NCBI RefSeq assembly: GCF_006345805.1
Contig: NC_042998.1
Coordinates: 23,870,001-23,934,000 of the forward strand
Length of the DNA: 64,000 nucleotides
Direction of reading: 5' to 3'
DNA from: Octopus sinensis
Taxonomy: Eukaryota
Shown: piece after piece, positions 48,990 through 61,904 of the stretch
Position numbering within the stretch: position 1 is the first letter of the stretch
Layout: the number at the start of each line of letters is the position of its first letter
Notes under the pieces: model-generated
Told to the model about the DNA's origin: nothing
Databases searched by the model: none
Seen by the model: the letters and a program-made list of their open reading frames with translations, nothing else
Position numbers and translations under genes: made by a program

Positions 48990-49620
48990 TCTCATCGTCG
49001 TTTAACGTCCTCTTTCCATGCTGGCATGGGTTGGACGGTTTGACTGAGGGCTGGCAAGCCACAAGGCTGTACCTGGTTCCAATCTGATCTGGCATATTTC
49101 TACAGCTGGATGCCATTCCTAATGCCAACCACTCCGAGAGTGTAGTGGATGCTTTTTACATGCCACCAGCACAAGAGCCAGTCAGGCAGCACTGGCAACG
49201 ACCATGCTCGAATGGTGCTTTTTACATGATATATATATATATATATATAATTTAGTGTTAATCTTTATAAAATACACACACACACACACACATACACAAT
49301 GTCTTACCATTTCTATCAATATATGTATATATATCATCATCGTCATGTCATCATCATCATGATTTATCATTCATTTTCTATGCTGGCATGGGTTAGACGG
49401 TTTGACCTGAACTGGTGTAGCTGGAGAGAGCGGCACCAGGTTCCATTCTGTTTTGGCTTGTTTTCTACAGCTAGATGTCTTTCTTAATGCCAACCACTCA
49501 ACAGAATATACCAGCTGCCTGTAATGTGTCACTGGTATAATTGCCTTTAATATGTCACCACCATGGGTGTCTTCTATGTGTCACTGGCATGTGTACCTGT
49601 TACTTGTCACCAGCATGGTA
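48990..49620 (-). mobile_element. Two family D copies
   Basis: ttccatgctggcatgggttggacgg...ctggatgcc.ttcctaatgccaaccactc at ~49015-49140 and ~49375-49500. Confidence 0.75.
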
Positions 49621-49777
49621 TGTATATAAATTTGTATATATAAAGTAAATCCAGTGGTATATCTCCAGACTGTTGATGGTATCAGGTTGCCAAAAACTGT
49701 GGATGACCTATAAATAAGATACTTCAATGTGTATATCCAAATATAAATAGATATATGGATAGATGGATGGATTGATG

Positions 49778-49808
<31 letters not shown>

Positions 49809-49835
49809 TGATAGATTGGTAGGTAGGTAGGTAGG

Positions 49836-49869
<34 letters not shown>

Positions 49870-50795
49870 TTTTCTTTGTCTATCTCTTTAACTTATTCAA
49901 GATTCTGGGTATAATTATACTAATGTGTCCATCTGTTCTAATTTAATTAAATTCTTTCTTTGTGCAGCTGAAGATTGCTCTACATTTTTAACTGATATAA
50001 TGATTGCATCATTCAATTAAATGGAGTTGCATGAAACGATCGTACTGCATTACCTCTGGATATCATTGTTGCTTATTTTGATTTTAGATAGATAGATAGT
50101 TTACTGTTCTGTTAAAGTAAGATCAACAAAATGGTACTCTACCTAGCAAGAGACAAATAACATTCAATGAATACTGTATTGGAAAAGAACCTGAACATTG
50201 CTTTGCGGCACAAGACATGTTATAAAAACCTGCCTAACCACGTGTCTTAATGGCAAGCAACTACTTGTAGCTTTTATTTTGATACAGTCTACATTAAATA
50301 ATATATATAGTGAACCAGTTTTTGTGTGTCCCACAAGAGGAGTTGATGCTAGATGTTGTGATTAATGATATATTTCTGTATATTCCATCTTCTGTCTTTC
50401 ATTTGTTACATATATATATATATAAATATACATACAATATTAAATATGTACATATATGCATAAGGGCACTACATGAGCACTTGCATCGCTATAATAGAAG
50501 TCAAAAATACTTCTGTACCACCGAATAGTCACAAATCTACTACAGATATGATAGGAAAAAATATCAGTGAATAATAATAACGTGTTATCTCAACTGGGTC
50601 AGAACAAGTAAATGGTGGTCAACTTGGTACTGGTTTCGAAATTAGTGCCAAATAGGGGTCTTATTTCTCATCAGCCAAAGTCTGCCAGCTAATTACTACT
50701 AAAATTCTCCCCTATCATGCCTGCAAAAGTTCGTTTGAAGTGACAAAGTACTGTAGGAACAAACGAAATGTGTAAAATTATTATAAATAAATATA

Positions 50796-50902
50796 GGAAT
50801 GGTATTATTAAAATACCATCATGAGTGGCAAGTGAATTATCAGCCATACAGGCAAATTAATAATTGTTTGTCACTCGTGATGGTATTTTAATAATACAAT
50901 CC
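50796..50902. mobile_element. Short MITE-like hairpin (~35-bp arms)
   Basis: ggaatggtattattaaaataccatcatgagtggcaa / ttgtcactcgtgatggtattttaataatacaatcc. Confidence 0.6.
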
Positions 50903-50903
50903 C

Positions 50904-50935
<32 letters not shown>

Positions 50936-51030
50936 ATATAGTTGATCCAAACAAGAAAGCACAAAAAAACACAACAATGAGAGGACGTGGAACAAATATA
51001 GTATTATTGGACGCTCAGGAAAGAAGGAGG

Positions 51031-51065
51031 GTTTAACGTTTCGAGCGGAGCTCTTCGTCGGAAAC
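51031..51065 (-). ncRNA. PLE-type minimal hammerhead within a ~200-bp dispersed repeat (~50940-51140)
   Basis: GTTT CCGACGA A GAGC-TCC-GCTC GAAAC GTT AAAC; stems I and II pair perfectly; palindromic AACGTT stem III. Confidence 0.6.
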
Positions 51066-51142
51066 ATAGGAGAAGGAAAGATCCAGAGAAGGGAAGACAG
51101 AGGAAAAAAATCGCCAACGGTACACACGTGGTCACATTTTGA

Positions 51143-51179
<37 letters not shown>

Positions 51180-51365
51180 TATACACATATATATACATAT
51201 ATACATTATCTATTCTTTTATATGTTTCAGCACAAAGGCTGTGGCCATACTGAAGCACTGCCTGTGTAATCACCTTTTCAATGCCCATTCTTATGTGATT
51301 GGTGTTTGGTGAAAGAAGAAGTTCTTGAAAACATCTATCCTTACACCATGACGAATGAATAAACA

Positions 51366-51506
51366 ATTGTTATGAACTCCATTAGCTTACAGCTGTTTCT
51401 GCTATAAGGTGCCTTGCAATCAAGGAGGGAGCTTAAGCATCATCCCATGAGTGCATCACACCTTATTACAGAAACAGCTGTAAGGTAACAGAGTTCATAA
51501 CACAAT
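51366..51506. repeat. Inverted repeat (~46-bp arms) of a PLE-like pseudo-LTR fragment
   Basis: Both arms carry GAAACAGCTGTAAG (hammerhead 3' half with palindromic ACAGCTGT); the CTGATGA half is degenerate. Confidence 0.55.
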
Positions 51507-51643
51507 TATTTATTCCTTTGTCACCTCAATTTCTTACTGCCACTCTCTACTCGATGGCTGCTTTTTTCTGAAGCATAACATAACTATACTGAATTCTAAC
51601 ACCAGGTTATTAGCATCGCAATATCTAAGTGAAATACATATAC

Positions 51644-51698
<55 letters not shown>

Positions 51699-52139
51699 TA
51701 TGCTCACAGAGAAACCATGTTCTGTAATGAGTGGTTTGTGTTAAGTATGACTCCAGGCTATAAAACACTGCTTCAATCTGCATATTCAGATGTCAGAATT
51801 CTCTTTGAACACAAACTGAAAAGATGTGTCCAGAGCATGCAAGACTGACAAACTAGATAAAAAAAAAAAATATGAATAATACAGTTGGTGATAAGATGAT
51901 GACAATGAGAAAGAATGACAATAATGGTGGGGGTGGGGTGGGGTGGGGGGCAATGGTGATGAGAGTGATGTTGTAAGGAAACATATATATATAATGTTAG
52001 ATGGGAATTTGCATACTTGTAAAATATGTTTCCGAAGCATTGTGAAAACATGCATATTTTATGACACATATATTAGAAATGCATTTAGTCATTGTTCTGC
52101 GTACATGCGTATGTTTATAAATGTGTGTGCACGAATGTA

Positions 52140-52149
52140 AGTATATATA

Positions 52150-52185
<36 letters not shown>

Positions 52186-52560
52186 TGTATGTATGTGTGT
52201 ATGTCTGTATGTGTGTGTGTATATATGTATGTGTGTGTGTATATATGTATGTGTGTATGTATATATGTATGTATGTATGTGTGTGTATATATATATATAT
52301 ATGTATGTGTGTGTATATATATATATATATGTATGTGTGTGTATATATATGTATGTATGTATGTGTGTGTATATATATATGTATGTATGTATGTGTGTAT
52401 ATATATATATGTATGTATGTGTGTGTATATATATATATGTATGTATGTGTGTGTATATATATATGTATGTATGTGTGTGTATATATATATGTATGTATGT
52501 GTGTGTATATATATGTATGTATGTGTGTATATATATATATATGTATGTATGTATGTATAT
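52140..52560. repeat. Compound (TA/TG/TATG)n microsatellite
   Basis: Directly visible. Confidence 0.95.
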
Positions 52561-53621
52561 CAGTAGTGCTCCTCATATATATGAATATATATATAACAAT
52601 GATCCAGAAAATTCCATACGTGCACGCACGCACACACATACCACCAACCCCCATACACACACACATACACCAGTCAAAGACAGGCAGTAGCAGTTACAGC
52701 ATTGATTACAGTATAAAAAAAAAAAAAACCCACATCGATCAATAAAGCTTTTGAAAATTGAAAAAAAAAGAAGGCAAAAAAAAACGAAAAAGAAAAGAAA
52801 AAGAAAAAAATGGAAGAAACTTTACATCTTTTTTTTTCTTCATTTTTTTTTTTTTTTTTTGAAAAAAAGGTGATAATTGATAGCAAAACAATGAATAGCA
52901 GTTAGCAGTTTTTTGGCATTTCCTTGAGACTTAATGGAATCATACTATACTTCATGTCAGGAGATTCTCAACTTATTTCAGAGTATTAATTTAAATTGCT
53001 TTTAATTTTCCTTTGAAAAGACACTGATTTTGAAACCATCCTTCACCGACTCAAAAAACTGTTTGATTATGAAATATTAAATTTTGAATGATGTCATAAC
53101 ATTAATGGTCATAAACACTTTGATTTATTTCCTCGTTTCTTTGAGTTTATTTATTTATTTATTTAGTCGTTCATTTACTACGTGCTTTTCCCTCTCTCTC
53201 TCTCTCTCTTTTTTTTTTTTTAATTGTGGTAGTAGCATAAAATAGTTATTATTCCCATATAATTACTCTTGTTTCCTGAATGCTTGCTCGCTAGAATTAA
53301 ATCTAGGTTAAAATAAAATGCTAAGTCAGGCAGAAAGTTTACCAAAAATTTCAGTATTTATTTATTATTTTACTGCTTTTAAACCTGTGAGTTTTATTTA
53401 TTTATTTATTTATTTATCTATTTTTTTAGTCAATTGTATTGATCTCTAGTAGTTTGTCTACAACCTATTTGATCAACCTTGGAACGAAGACAAGCAAAGT
53501 CAACTGGATACAAAGGGATGTACTCAGCATGTAGAAAAACTGAACTAAACACCACAAGGTATTTCTACTTTGTCTCACTGCAACAGAAGGCACATTGCAT
53601 AGTGGTTATTATGTTGCACAA

Positions 53622-53850
53622 GAAGGCGGCGAGCTGGCAGAAAGCACGCCGGGTGAAATGCTTAGTGGTATTTCGTCTGCGTTACGTTCTGAGTTCAAAT
53701 TCCGCCGAGGTCGACTTTGCCTTTCATCCTTTCGGGGATGATAAATTAAGTACCCGTTACGCACTGGGGTCGATGTAATCGACTTAATACCTATGTCTGT
53801 CCTTGTTTGTCCCCTCTGTGTTTAGCCCCTTGTGGGTAATAACGAAATAG
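53622..53850 (+). mobile_element. SINE family B
   Basis: ggcggcgagctggcagaa...gtcgactttgcctttcatcctttcgggg; ggttattatgttgcac flanks both ends (TSD-like). Confidence 0.88.
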
Positions 53851-54157
53851 GTTATTATGTTGCACTCACAATTATAGAGTCATGGTTTCAATTCCTAAAA
53901 CTGGATGGTATGCTGTATTCTCCAGCAAAATGCATCAATTCACATTTCTCCACTCCTCTCAGATGGAGATGAGTTCCAGCAAAGCTGGGAAATTGTCCAG
54001 CAATGGAATGGTTTCCCATTCTGTGTCAAGTTTTGTAAACCTCAGTTATGTATACACCTTGGAAACAGTCTTATGATTCCTTGACCTTATCTCAGAACTA
54101 AATCTAACCAAGTCTCAACAACTGATTCTGCCATTTCCTGCCCAAATTATACATCAT

Positions 54158-54550
54158 AGGCGCTGGAGTGGCTGTGTGGCAAGTAGCTTGCTTGCCAACC
54201 ACATGGTTCCAGGTTCAGTCCCATTGTGTGGCACCTTGGGCAGGTGTTTTCTGCTATAGCCTCGGCCGACCAAAGTTTTGTAAGTGGATTTGGAAGACGG
54301 AAACTGAAAGAAGCCTGTCGTATATATGTATATGTGTGTATATGTTTGTGTGTCTGTGTTTGTCCCCCAACATCACTTGACAACTGGTGTGTTTATGTCC
54401 CCATAACTTAGCGGTTCAGCGAAAGAGACTGATAGAATAAGTACTAGGCTTCCAAAGAATAAGTCCTGGGCTCGATTTGCTCGACTAAAGGCAGTGCTCC
54501 AGCATGGTCGCAGTCAAATAACTAAAACAAGTAAATGAGAACATAAAAGA
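54158..54550 (+). mobile_element. SINE family A
   Basis: Full head and tail. Confidence 0.88.
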
Positions 54551-56449
54551 GAATCATTGTTTCCTTTTTAATTTCTCAACTTTGACTTGTTCCAGTCATT
54601 AGACTGTGGCCATGCTGGGGCACCATCTTGAAGAATCTTAGTTGAGTAAAATGGTGCCACATAAAAAAAAAGCACCCATTGCATTCTGTAAAGAGGTTGG
54701 TGTTAGGAAGGGCATCCAGATGTAGAAACCAAGCCAAAACAGGCTATGGAACTTGGTATAGCCCCTGGCCTTGCCAGTTCCTGTCAAGCTGTCCAACTCA
54801 TGCCAGCATGGAAAGCAGACTTTACATGATGATGATGAAATTGACAACAGTACTAATTTTTTGTAAAGCATGGTACTTATTCTATTGATCTCTTTTGCTG
54901 AACTGCTAAGTTATGGAGATGTAAACACACCGACATTCGTCAAGTGGTGGAGAACAAACAAACACATGCACACACATATTCTTTTATTTGTTTCAGTCAT
55001 TTGACTGTGGCCATACTGGAACACCACCTTGAAGGGTTCTAGTTGAACAAATTGACCCTGGGACTTATTCTTTGTAATATTTAGCACTGTTTTTCTATAT
55101 TCTAAGTTCAAATCTCACCATTAGCTAACTTTGCATTACACCCCTCAAGGAATGATAAAATACATACCACCATCTTTCCAACAATTACCATGGATACCTT
55201 TTTTAATTCCATATGTGTAACACTTGTAGACATGCTTACAAAATCAAAAATCAACGCCTGCATGACCTTTGGCAGCGTTTTACATGTTCAGAATTGCTGT
55301 AGCATGGGATAAACTAACCACATCAGTTGTTAGCTGCCAGAAAAAAAAGACATCCTTCAAAACTTCCATGCTTCCTGAAATTCATCAACTATACACCTCA
55401 TGTTTCCCTGCCCCTTTTTTTTAATGATTTATTCACTGTTCACTTCATGTTCACTGTCCACTCCCCGTTCACTGTTCACTTCCTGTTCACTGTTCACTTC
55501 CCGTTCACTGTTCACTTCCTGTGCATTATTCTATGTACCGTTCATGCACTTTTGGCTACTTTCTCTGATAAGTTGGAGTGCACCTGAGCACTATATACAA
55601 TAAGTTCATTTTTAAATATTACGCTAGCAGTTTATTCAGTTGAATTTGTCCCCTAACCTACAAAATTATAGCAATGTAATGTCAATCATTCTAATTTTTT
55701 TCCACTTATTTAACGATATGCTTGGAAGAAAAGCAAAAAAGAAAAAATCCAAAACATTAATCTAATAATTTCTGAAACATTAATTTTCTATTTGAAATAA
55801 AAATATCATTGATGATTAAAAAATTAGTAAAATAATGTGTGCACAAGTGTCTGTATGTGTATGTAATTTTTTGTGCATGCATTTGCATTTGTGTGTATGC
55901 AGTGTGTGTGTGTGTGCATGTGCACTTGCGACTAAATTCTCTGCACATCTATTTTTCATAAAAGTTTTAATTAGTTTAATTAAGACTGAGGAAGCTTCTA
56001 TTTTGTGTTTGCATTGGCAATTTATGTAAAAATAAAAATTACTATTCGTATAAATATATTAACAAAATAAGTAAATATTTTCTACTGATGTATTTGAAAC
56101 ACTGATTTTCATTTTGAATTTCTAATATCCAAAATTCCTTTTTAGTTTATTGCAAAAATATAAAACTGAAAAAAAAAAAAATGAAGACAAATGCAAATAT
56201 TATATAATTTATCAAAATATTTCATTGACTACATTTATTACCTTTTGGGGAATTTTATAATTAATTTTAAGCATTTTTATGAGTTCCACATTAGAATATG
56301 CAAAATAGAAAAATTGAACATTTCATTTTGTGGTTAACAAGTTGGAAAGCAATTTACCATTATTTACACAATTCTACAATATATGCCTTTCTCTTAGAAC
56401 TATAAGAATACATTGTATTCAAATTAATTAAATACAGGTATTGCCATAT

Positions 56450-56690
56450 GAAAGGTGGTGAACTGGCAGAATCGTTAGCGCACCGGGCTAAATGCTTGGC
56501 GGTATTTTGTCTGCCGCTACATTCTGAGTTCAAATTCCGCCGAGGTCGACTTAGCCTTTCATTCTTTCAGGATCGATTAAATAAGTACCAGTTACACACT
56601 GGGGTTGATATAATCGACTTAATCCGTTTGTCTATCCTTGTTTGTCCTCTCTGTGTTTAGCCCCTTGTGGGTAGTAAAGAAATAGGTATT
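56450..56690 (+). mobile_element. SINE family B
   Basis: Head and Nin/Deu-like domain; aggtattgc flanks both ends. Confidence 0.85.
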
Positions 56691-57408
56691 GCTATATGTG
56701 TCATTAAGAAGAAATGGTTAATTGGATAACGCATTAGAATATAAATTTGCCTTTCTTAAACTAGGCTGTAGAATTAATCCAATCTTTGGCTTGGACCTTG
56801 GCTGGCTTTAACCGAATTCACTCTGTGACAAGAATTTGAACCATTTCTTTTGTCAGAATATAACTCAGTATTTTGATGAGCTATTTGCTTTGGCAATAAA
56901 CGATGCGACGTGGTTTCTTCATCCTTCCACTCTCAGTCTCGAGGGGAACCTGGAAAAGCTGTGAATACTGCTCTTTCACTTCTGATTCAGCTATCAAAGA
57001 GTTAAACAATTCAAATGTTCACAGCTGATACTGTATCTCCTCAAAGAACACTTAATTCTTAATGCCTCAGTTCATTTAAAAGACCTTTGGGGAATTATAT
57101 TAGCGTTAAATTGGCATCTGATCCAGGGAATAAATTCATCACTTGTCATCTTTACATGAAACAAGAGAGCAACATCAGGAACTTTTGCTGACATTTAGGT
57201 TTTTTTTCCATTATTATATGAAATATTTCAATAAGGTTCCTTGAATGTGATAAAACTCCAAAATACCTCAGAGGGTGTATTATATCTGTAATAATTTTAG
57301 GTTTAGTTCCACTACATGGAACTTTGAACAAGTATCTTCTACTATAGCCTTGAGCTGACTGGCATCTTGAGTGTGGATTTGGCTGATGGAAATTGAAAGT
57401 AACCTTTA

Positions 57409-57446
<38 letters not shown>

Positions 57447-57629
57447 TGGCATTGGACAAAATAATGGAAACACCATAAAATTTCAAATAAAGTTTTTTTA
57501 ATTGGGGGTAGGACCGCCTGTGGCAGTAATTACAGCTTGCATTCTATGTGTTATGGACTCGTACAAAGTTTGAATTGTAAGTATGTAGGTATGAATGTAG
57601 GTATGTATGTATGTAGGTATGTATGTATT

Positions 57630-58035
57630 CTCTTTGCTCTTTTACTTGTTTCAGTCATTTGACTGCGGCCATGCTGGAGCACCGCCTTTTAGTCGAGCAA
57701 ATCGACCCCAGGACTTATTCTTTGTAAGCCTAGTACTTATCCTATCGGTCTCTTTTGCTGAACCGCTAAGTAATGGGGACGTAAACACACCAGCATTGGT
57801 TGTCAAGTGATGTTGGGGAGACAAACACAGACACACAAACACACACACATATATACATATATATATATACGACGGACTTCTTTCAGTTTCTGCCTACCAA
57901 ATCCACTCACAAGGCTTTGGTCGGCCCAAAACTATAGTAGAAGACACTTGCCCAAGGTGCCACGCAGTGGGACTGAACCCGGAACTGTGTGGTTGGTAAG
58001 CCAGCTACTTACCACACAGCCACTCCTGCGCCTAT
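57630..58035 (-). mobile_element. SINE family A
   Basis: Full copy in reverse complement. Confidence 0.9.
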
Positions 58036-58099
58036 ATGTAGGTATGTATGTATGAGTGTATGCATGTGTGAATGTTTGTGTGTGTGTGTGTGTGTATGT

Positions 58100-59700
58100 A
58101 TGTCATTATTCAGTTTATTTCGAGATTTCTTGCCAATAGAGAAAAAGCTGGTTTCTAACCTAGATCCAAGGCATCTTCATTGGAATTTCAACATCAACAA
58201 CAGGGTATTTTTTTTGTTTGTATGTATGCATGTACGTAAGTATGTATGTATGTATGTATGTATGTATGTATGTATGCATGTATGTATGTATGTATGCATG
58301 ATTGTATGTATATATGTATGTATGTACAAATGCATGTATGCATGTTTGGGTTTTCACATCAATGGCTCGGATCTCATCAAACGTCCAATCAAGCAACCCA
58401 AATGTTAGTATGAGTATTGGCACTGCAAACACATTGTGGGCCACTGTTTTATTGAATGCAGAGAGTTCTGAGGTCCAAATATTCTTTATTCGGCTGTAAT
58501 ATTCTTTAGTGACACGTGTTTTGTTACAGGTGCCACAGTAAGGTATATTTTCATCCACCCCAAGATACCTGTAACATTTCTCGTCAGATACAGGGGAAAC
58601 AGTTAAATCATTGACGGAGATGCTACTAGTCTGGTTTATAGTTTTCCTCCTTTTCACAACCATATAACAACCTTTATCCTGACCAAACTCCAACCCTACA
58701 TCCTTTGCGAATGTTACAACTATGTTTTAAGTCATCCACAAAGAAACTCTCTTTACTCTTTTACTCTTTTATTTGTTTCAGTCATTTGACTGCGGCCATG
58801 CTGGAGCACCGCCTTTAGTCGAGTAAATCGACCCTGGGACTTATTCTTTGTAAGCCCAGTACTTATTCTATCGGTCTCTTTTTGCCAAACCGCTAAGTGA
58901 CGGGGGATGTAAACACACCAGCACCGGTTGTCAAGCAATGCTAGGGGGACAAACACACACACACACACATATATACATATATACGACAGGCTTCTTTCAG
59001 TTTCCGTCTACCAAATCCACTCACAAGGCATTGGTCGACCCGGGGCTATAGCAGAAGACACTTGCCCAAGATGCCACGCAGTGGGACTGAACCCGGAACC
59101 ATGTGGTTGGTTAGCAAGCTACTTACCACACAGCCACTCCTGCGCCTGTGTGTAATTTTGGTATTTCTGTTTCCTTGTGAACTAGTGTGATATCTTTCTG
59201 ACTTCCTTAACATGAATGGGGTTTACAGAAAGTATAAAACCATATCACAGAGAGGCTGTCTCCTTGGAATAAGCCTTTGCGATACTTTATTCTATCGGCG
59301 ATAATACAGTCACTCTTTGTGTTTAATTTCAAGATGGTGGTCCACGATGAAGCCAGGTCAGTTATGGCTTTGACTATTCTCACTGAAACTCAAGCAAGTT
59401 GAAAGGCTTCTAGCATCCATGAGTGGGGACACGGAATCAAAGGCTTTCTTGCAATCTAGTCACATTGAAACGAGGTTCCTCCTATGCTCTCGCACCTCTG
59501 ACATCACAGTTTTGTTGATTAGCAATTGCTTGGCACATCCTCAGACACCTTCTTCCCAGCTGCTGGTTCTGCTGTGATTAATGTCATTGGTTTCAAAATG
59601 GTCCTGGGGGAAGAAGTTTAAGCATACTGTATATATCTTATGCATTAAGTTCTGGCATGCAATTGGCCGGTGGTTTTCTGTCATGTGGGTGGTTCTACAT
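58100..59700 (-). pseudogene. R4/Dong-clade LINE reverse transcriptase remnant split by a family A SINE (58748-59145) and a (TATG)n tract
   Basis: NHRPIACQNLMHKIYT, LLINK, LDCKKAFDSV, KGLFQGDSLS, then after the SINE FVDDLK, MEFGQDK, YRYLGV, KEYYSRIKNIWTSELSAFNK, FGLLDW. Confidence 0.85.
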
Positions 59701-59869
59701 ACGTATGTATGTATGTGTGTGTGTATGTGTATGGATGTATGGATGCATGTATGGATGCATGTATGTATATATGTATGTAGGCATGTATGTATGTAGGCAT
59801 GTATGCATGCAGGCATGTATGCATGCATGCACGTATGTATGTATGTATGTATGTACATATGTATGCATG

Positions 59870-59904
<35 letters not shown>

Positions 59905-60538
59905 GTGTGTGTATGTATGTTTGTATGTTTGTATGTATGTATGTATATTTGTATGCATGTATGTACATTTGTATGTATGTATGTATGCTTGTATATATGT
60001 ATGTTTGTATGTGCGTATGTTTATATGTTTGTATGTATGTATGTATGTTTATATGTTTGTACGTATGTATATATCAGTTGGGTTGAAGAAAATATTTGCT
60101 TTACTCAGAAATATCATGTCTCTGAATGTATATATTGTAATTGAATGAAGGAATATTGAGATAGCGCCAACACATGATACGTTTGGTAAGTTGCATCAAT
60201 CAAAAGATTAATTCCAAATACTAATCCATTTGATTGGTCCTTGGTTAATATGATATGAGGTGGTTGGCTGTGAAAGGAAGTGGTAAAATGCTGTCACAGG
60301 GGCTATACAAATATACATACATACATGCATGCATACATAAAACTGAAATAAAACTGAACAGTGACATACATACATATGTGCATGTATGCATACATGCATG
60401 CATACATACATACTTACATGCATACACACATACACTCATATACACATACAAGCACACACACATACATATACATACAAATACATATATGCATGCATACGTG
60501 TGCATGCATATATGTATGTATGTCTCTCTCTCTCTCTT

Positions 60539-60571
<33 letters not shown>

Positions 60572-60677
60572 CGTGCATACATACACACAAGCACATATAT
60601 ATACTTACATATGTATGTGTGTGTGTATATACACATATATATATAATCACACACGCATGCATCATACAAACATATAT

Positions 60678-60715
<38 letters not shown>

Positions 60716-60948
60716 GTATCTATGATGTGTGTGCATGTTTATGTATGTGCATATATATACACACACATATCTATTTATCTATCTATCTATCTATCCATAT
60801 ATATATATATAGATATATAGATAGATAGATATAGATATATATACATATATACATGCATACATACATGATACATATATATACCTACATGCATACATACATA
60901 CATACATACATACTTACATGCAAACAGACAGGAAGACCAATAGATAGT

Positions 60949-60985
<37 letters not shown>
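59700..60985. repeat. Two large compound microsatellite blocks (59700-60070, 60320-60985)
   Basis: Directly visible. Confidence 0.9.
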
Positions 60986-60988
<3 letters not shown>

Positions 60989-61489
60989 CGCATTTTTAGT
61001 ATGATGGTAATGAAATAACATGCTGCAAAATTTAAATGAAATCACTATTGACCAGCGCCTTATTTTCAAATTAATCATCATTGTTCCTAGAATTACTGCA
61101 GGCAACTCTGCTAGTGTAAATATGAAACCAAACATTCTTGTAGCTGTGTTTGCCATCGTGGGCATATTGCCTTAATATTTCGAATTAAAATTTGTATTCC
61201 TTTCTCTCTCGTTTTGTTCCTATTATTGACAACAAGTAGCTGTTTGCATGAGATTTGGCTGCTATATTGTACCGGCCAATGACCTTCGTAGACATTTTCT
61301 TGGCTTCAGTTAATTATTGCCTTAATTCCTGCCGTAGGAGATGAATGGACAAGAATGGATATAAAGATACAGAGTGAAACAATCAGTTGAGGGTTTTATT
61401 GATTCATATGACACCACATGCCTAAGTACTCTATTACATGTTTTTTTTTTTATTTATTCAGCCCCACTAATCATATTTCCCTTGGGTTA

Positions 61490-61700
61490 ATCATCATCAT
61501 TATCATCATCATCATCATCATTTAACGTCCGCTTTCCATGCTAGCATGGGTTGGACGATTTTGACTGAGGGCCGGCAAACCAGATGGCTGCACCAGGCTC
61601 CAATCTTGATTTGGCAGGGTTTCTACAGCTGGATGCCCTTCCTAATGCCAACCAGTCCGAGAGTGTAGTGGGTGCTTTTTATGTGTCACCGGCACGGGGG
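61490..61700 (-). mobile_element. SINE-like family D
   Basis: (CAT)n, then ttaacgtccgctttccatgctagcatggg...ctggatgcccttcctaatgcc. Confidence 0.85.
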
Positions 61701-61904
61701 CAAGTCAAAAATATTCATAAGTGTCCAGGAAAAACCTATATGTTACTTAAACCAATCACTCTTTTACTTGTTTCAGTCATTTGACTGTGGCCATGCTGGA
61801 GCACTGCCTTTAGTCGAGCAAATCGACCCCAGGACTTATTTTTTGTAAGCCTAGTACTTATTCTGTCTGTCTCTTTTGCCGAACCGCTAAGTTACGGGGA
61901 CATT

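Noticed and set aside
60991-61171. Minus-strand frame FIFTLAELPAVILGTMMINLKIRRWSIVISFKFCSML, resembling an MFS (SVOP/SLC22) helix
   Set aside because: The conserved D/E-R-x-G-R-R motif is absent, the acceptor is weak, the antisense frame is equally open, and no neighbouring MFS exons were found
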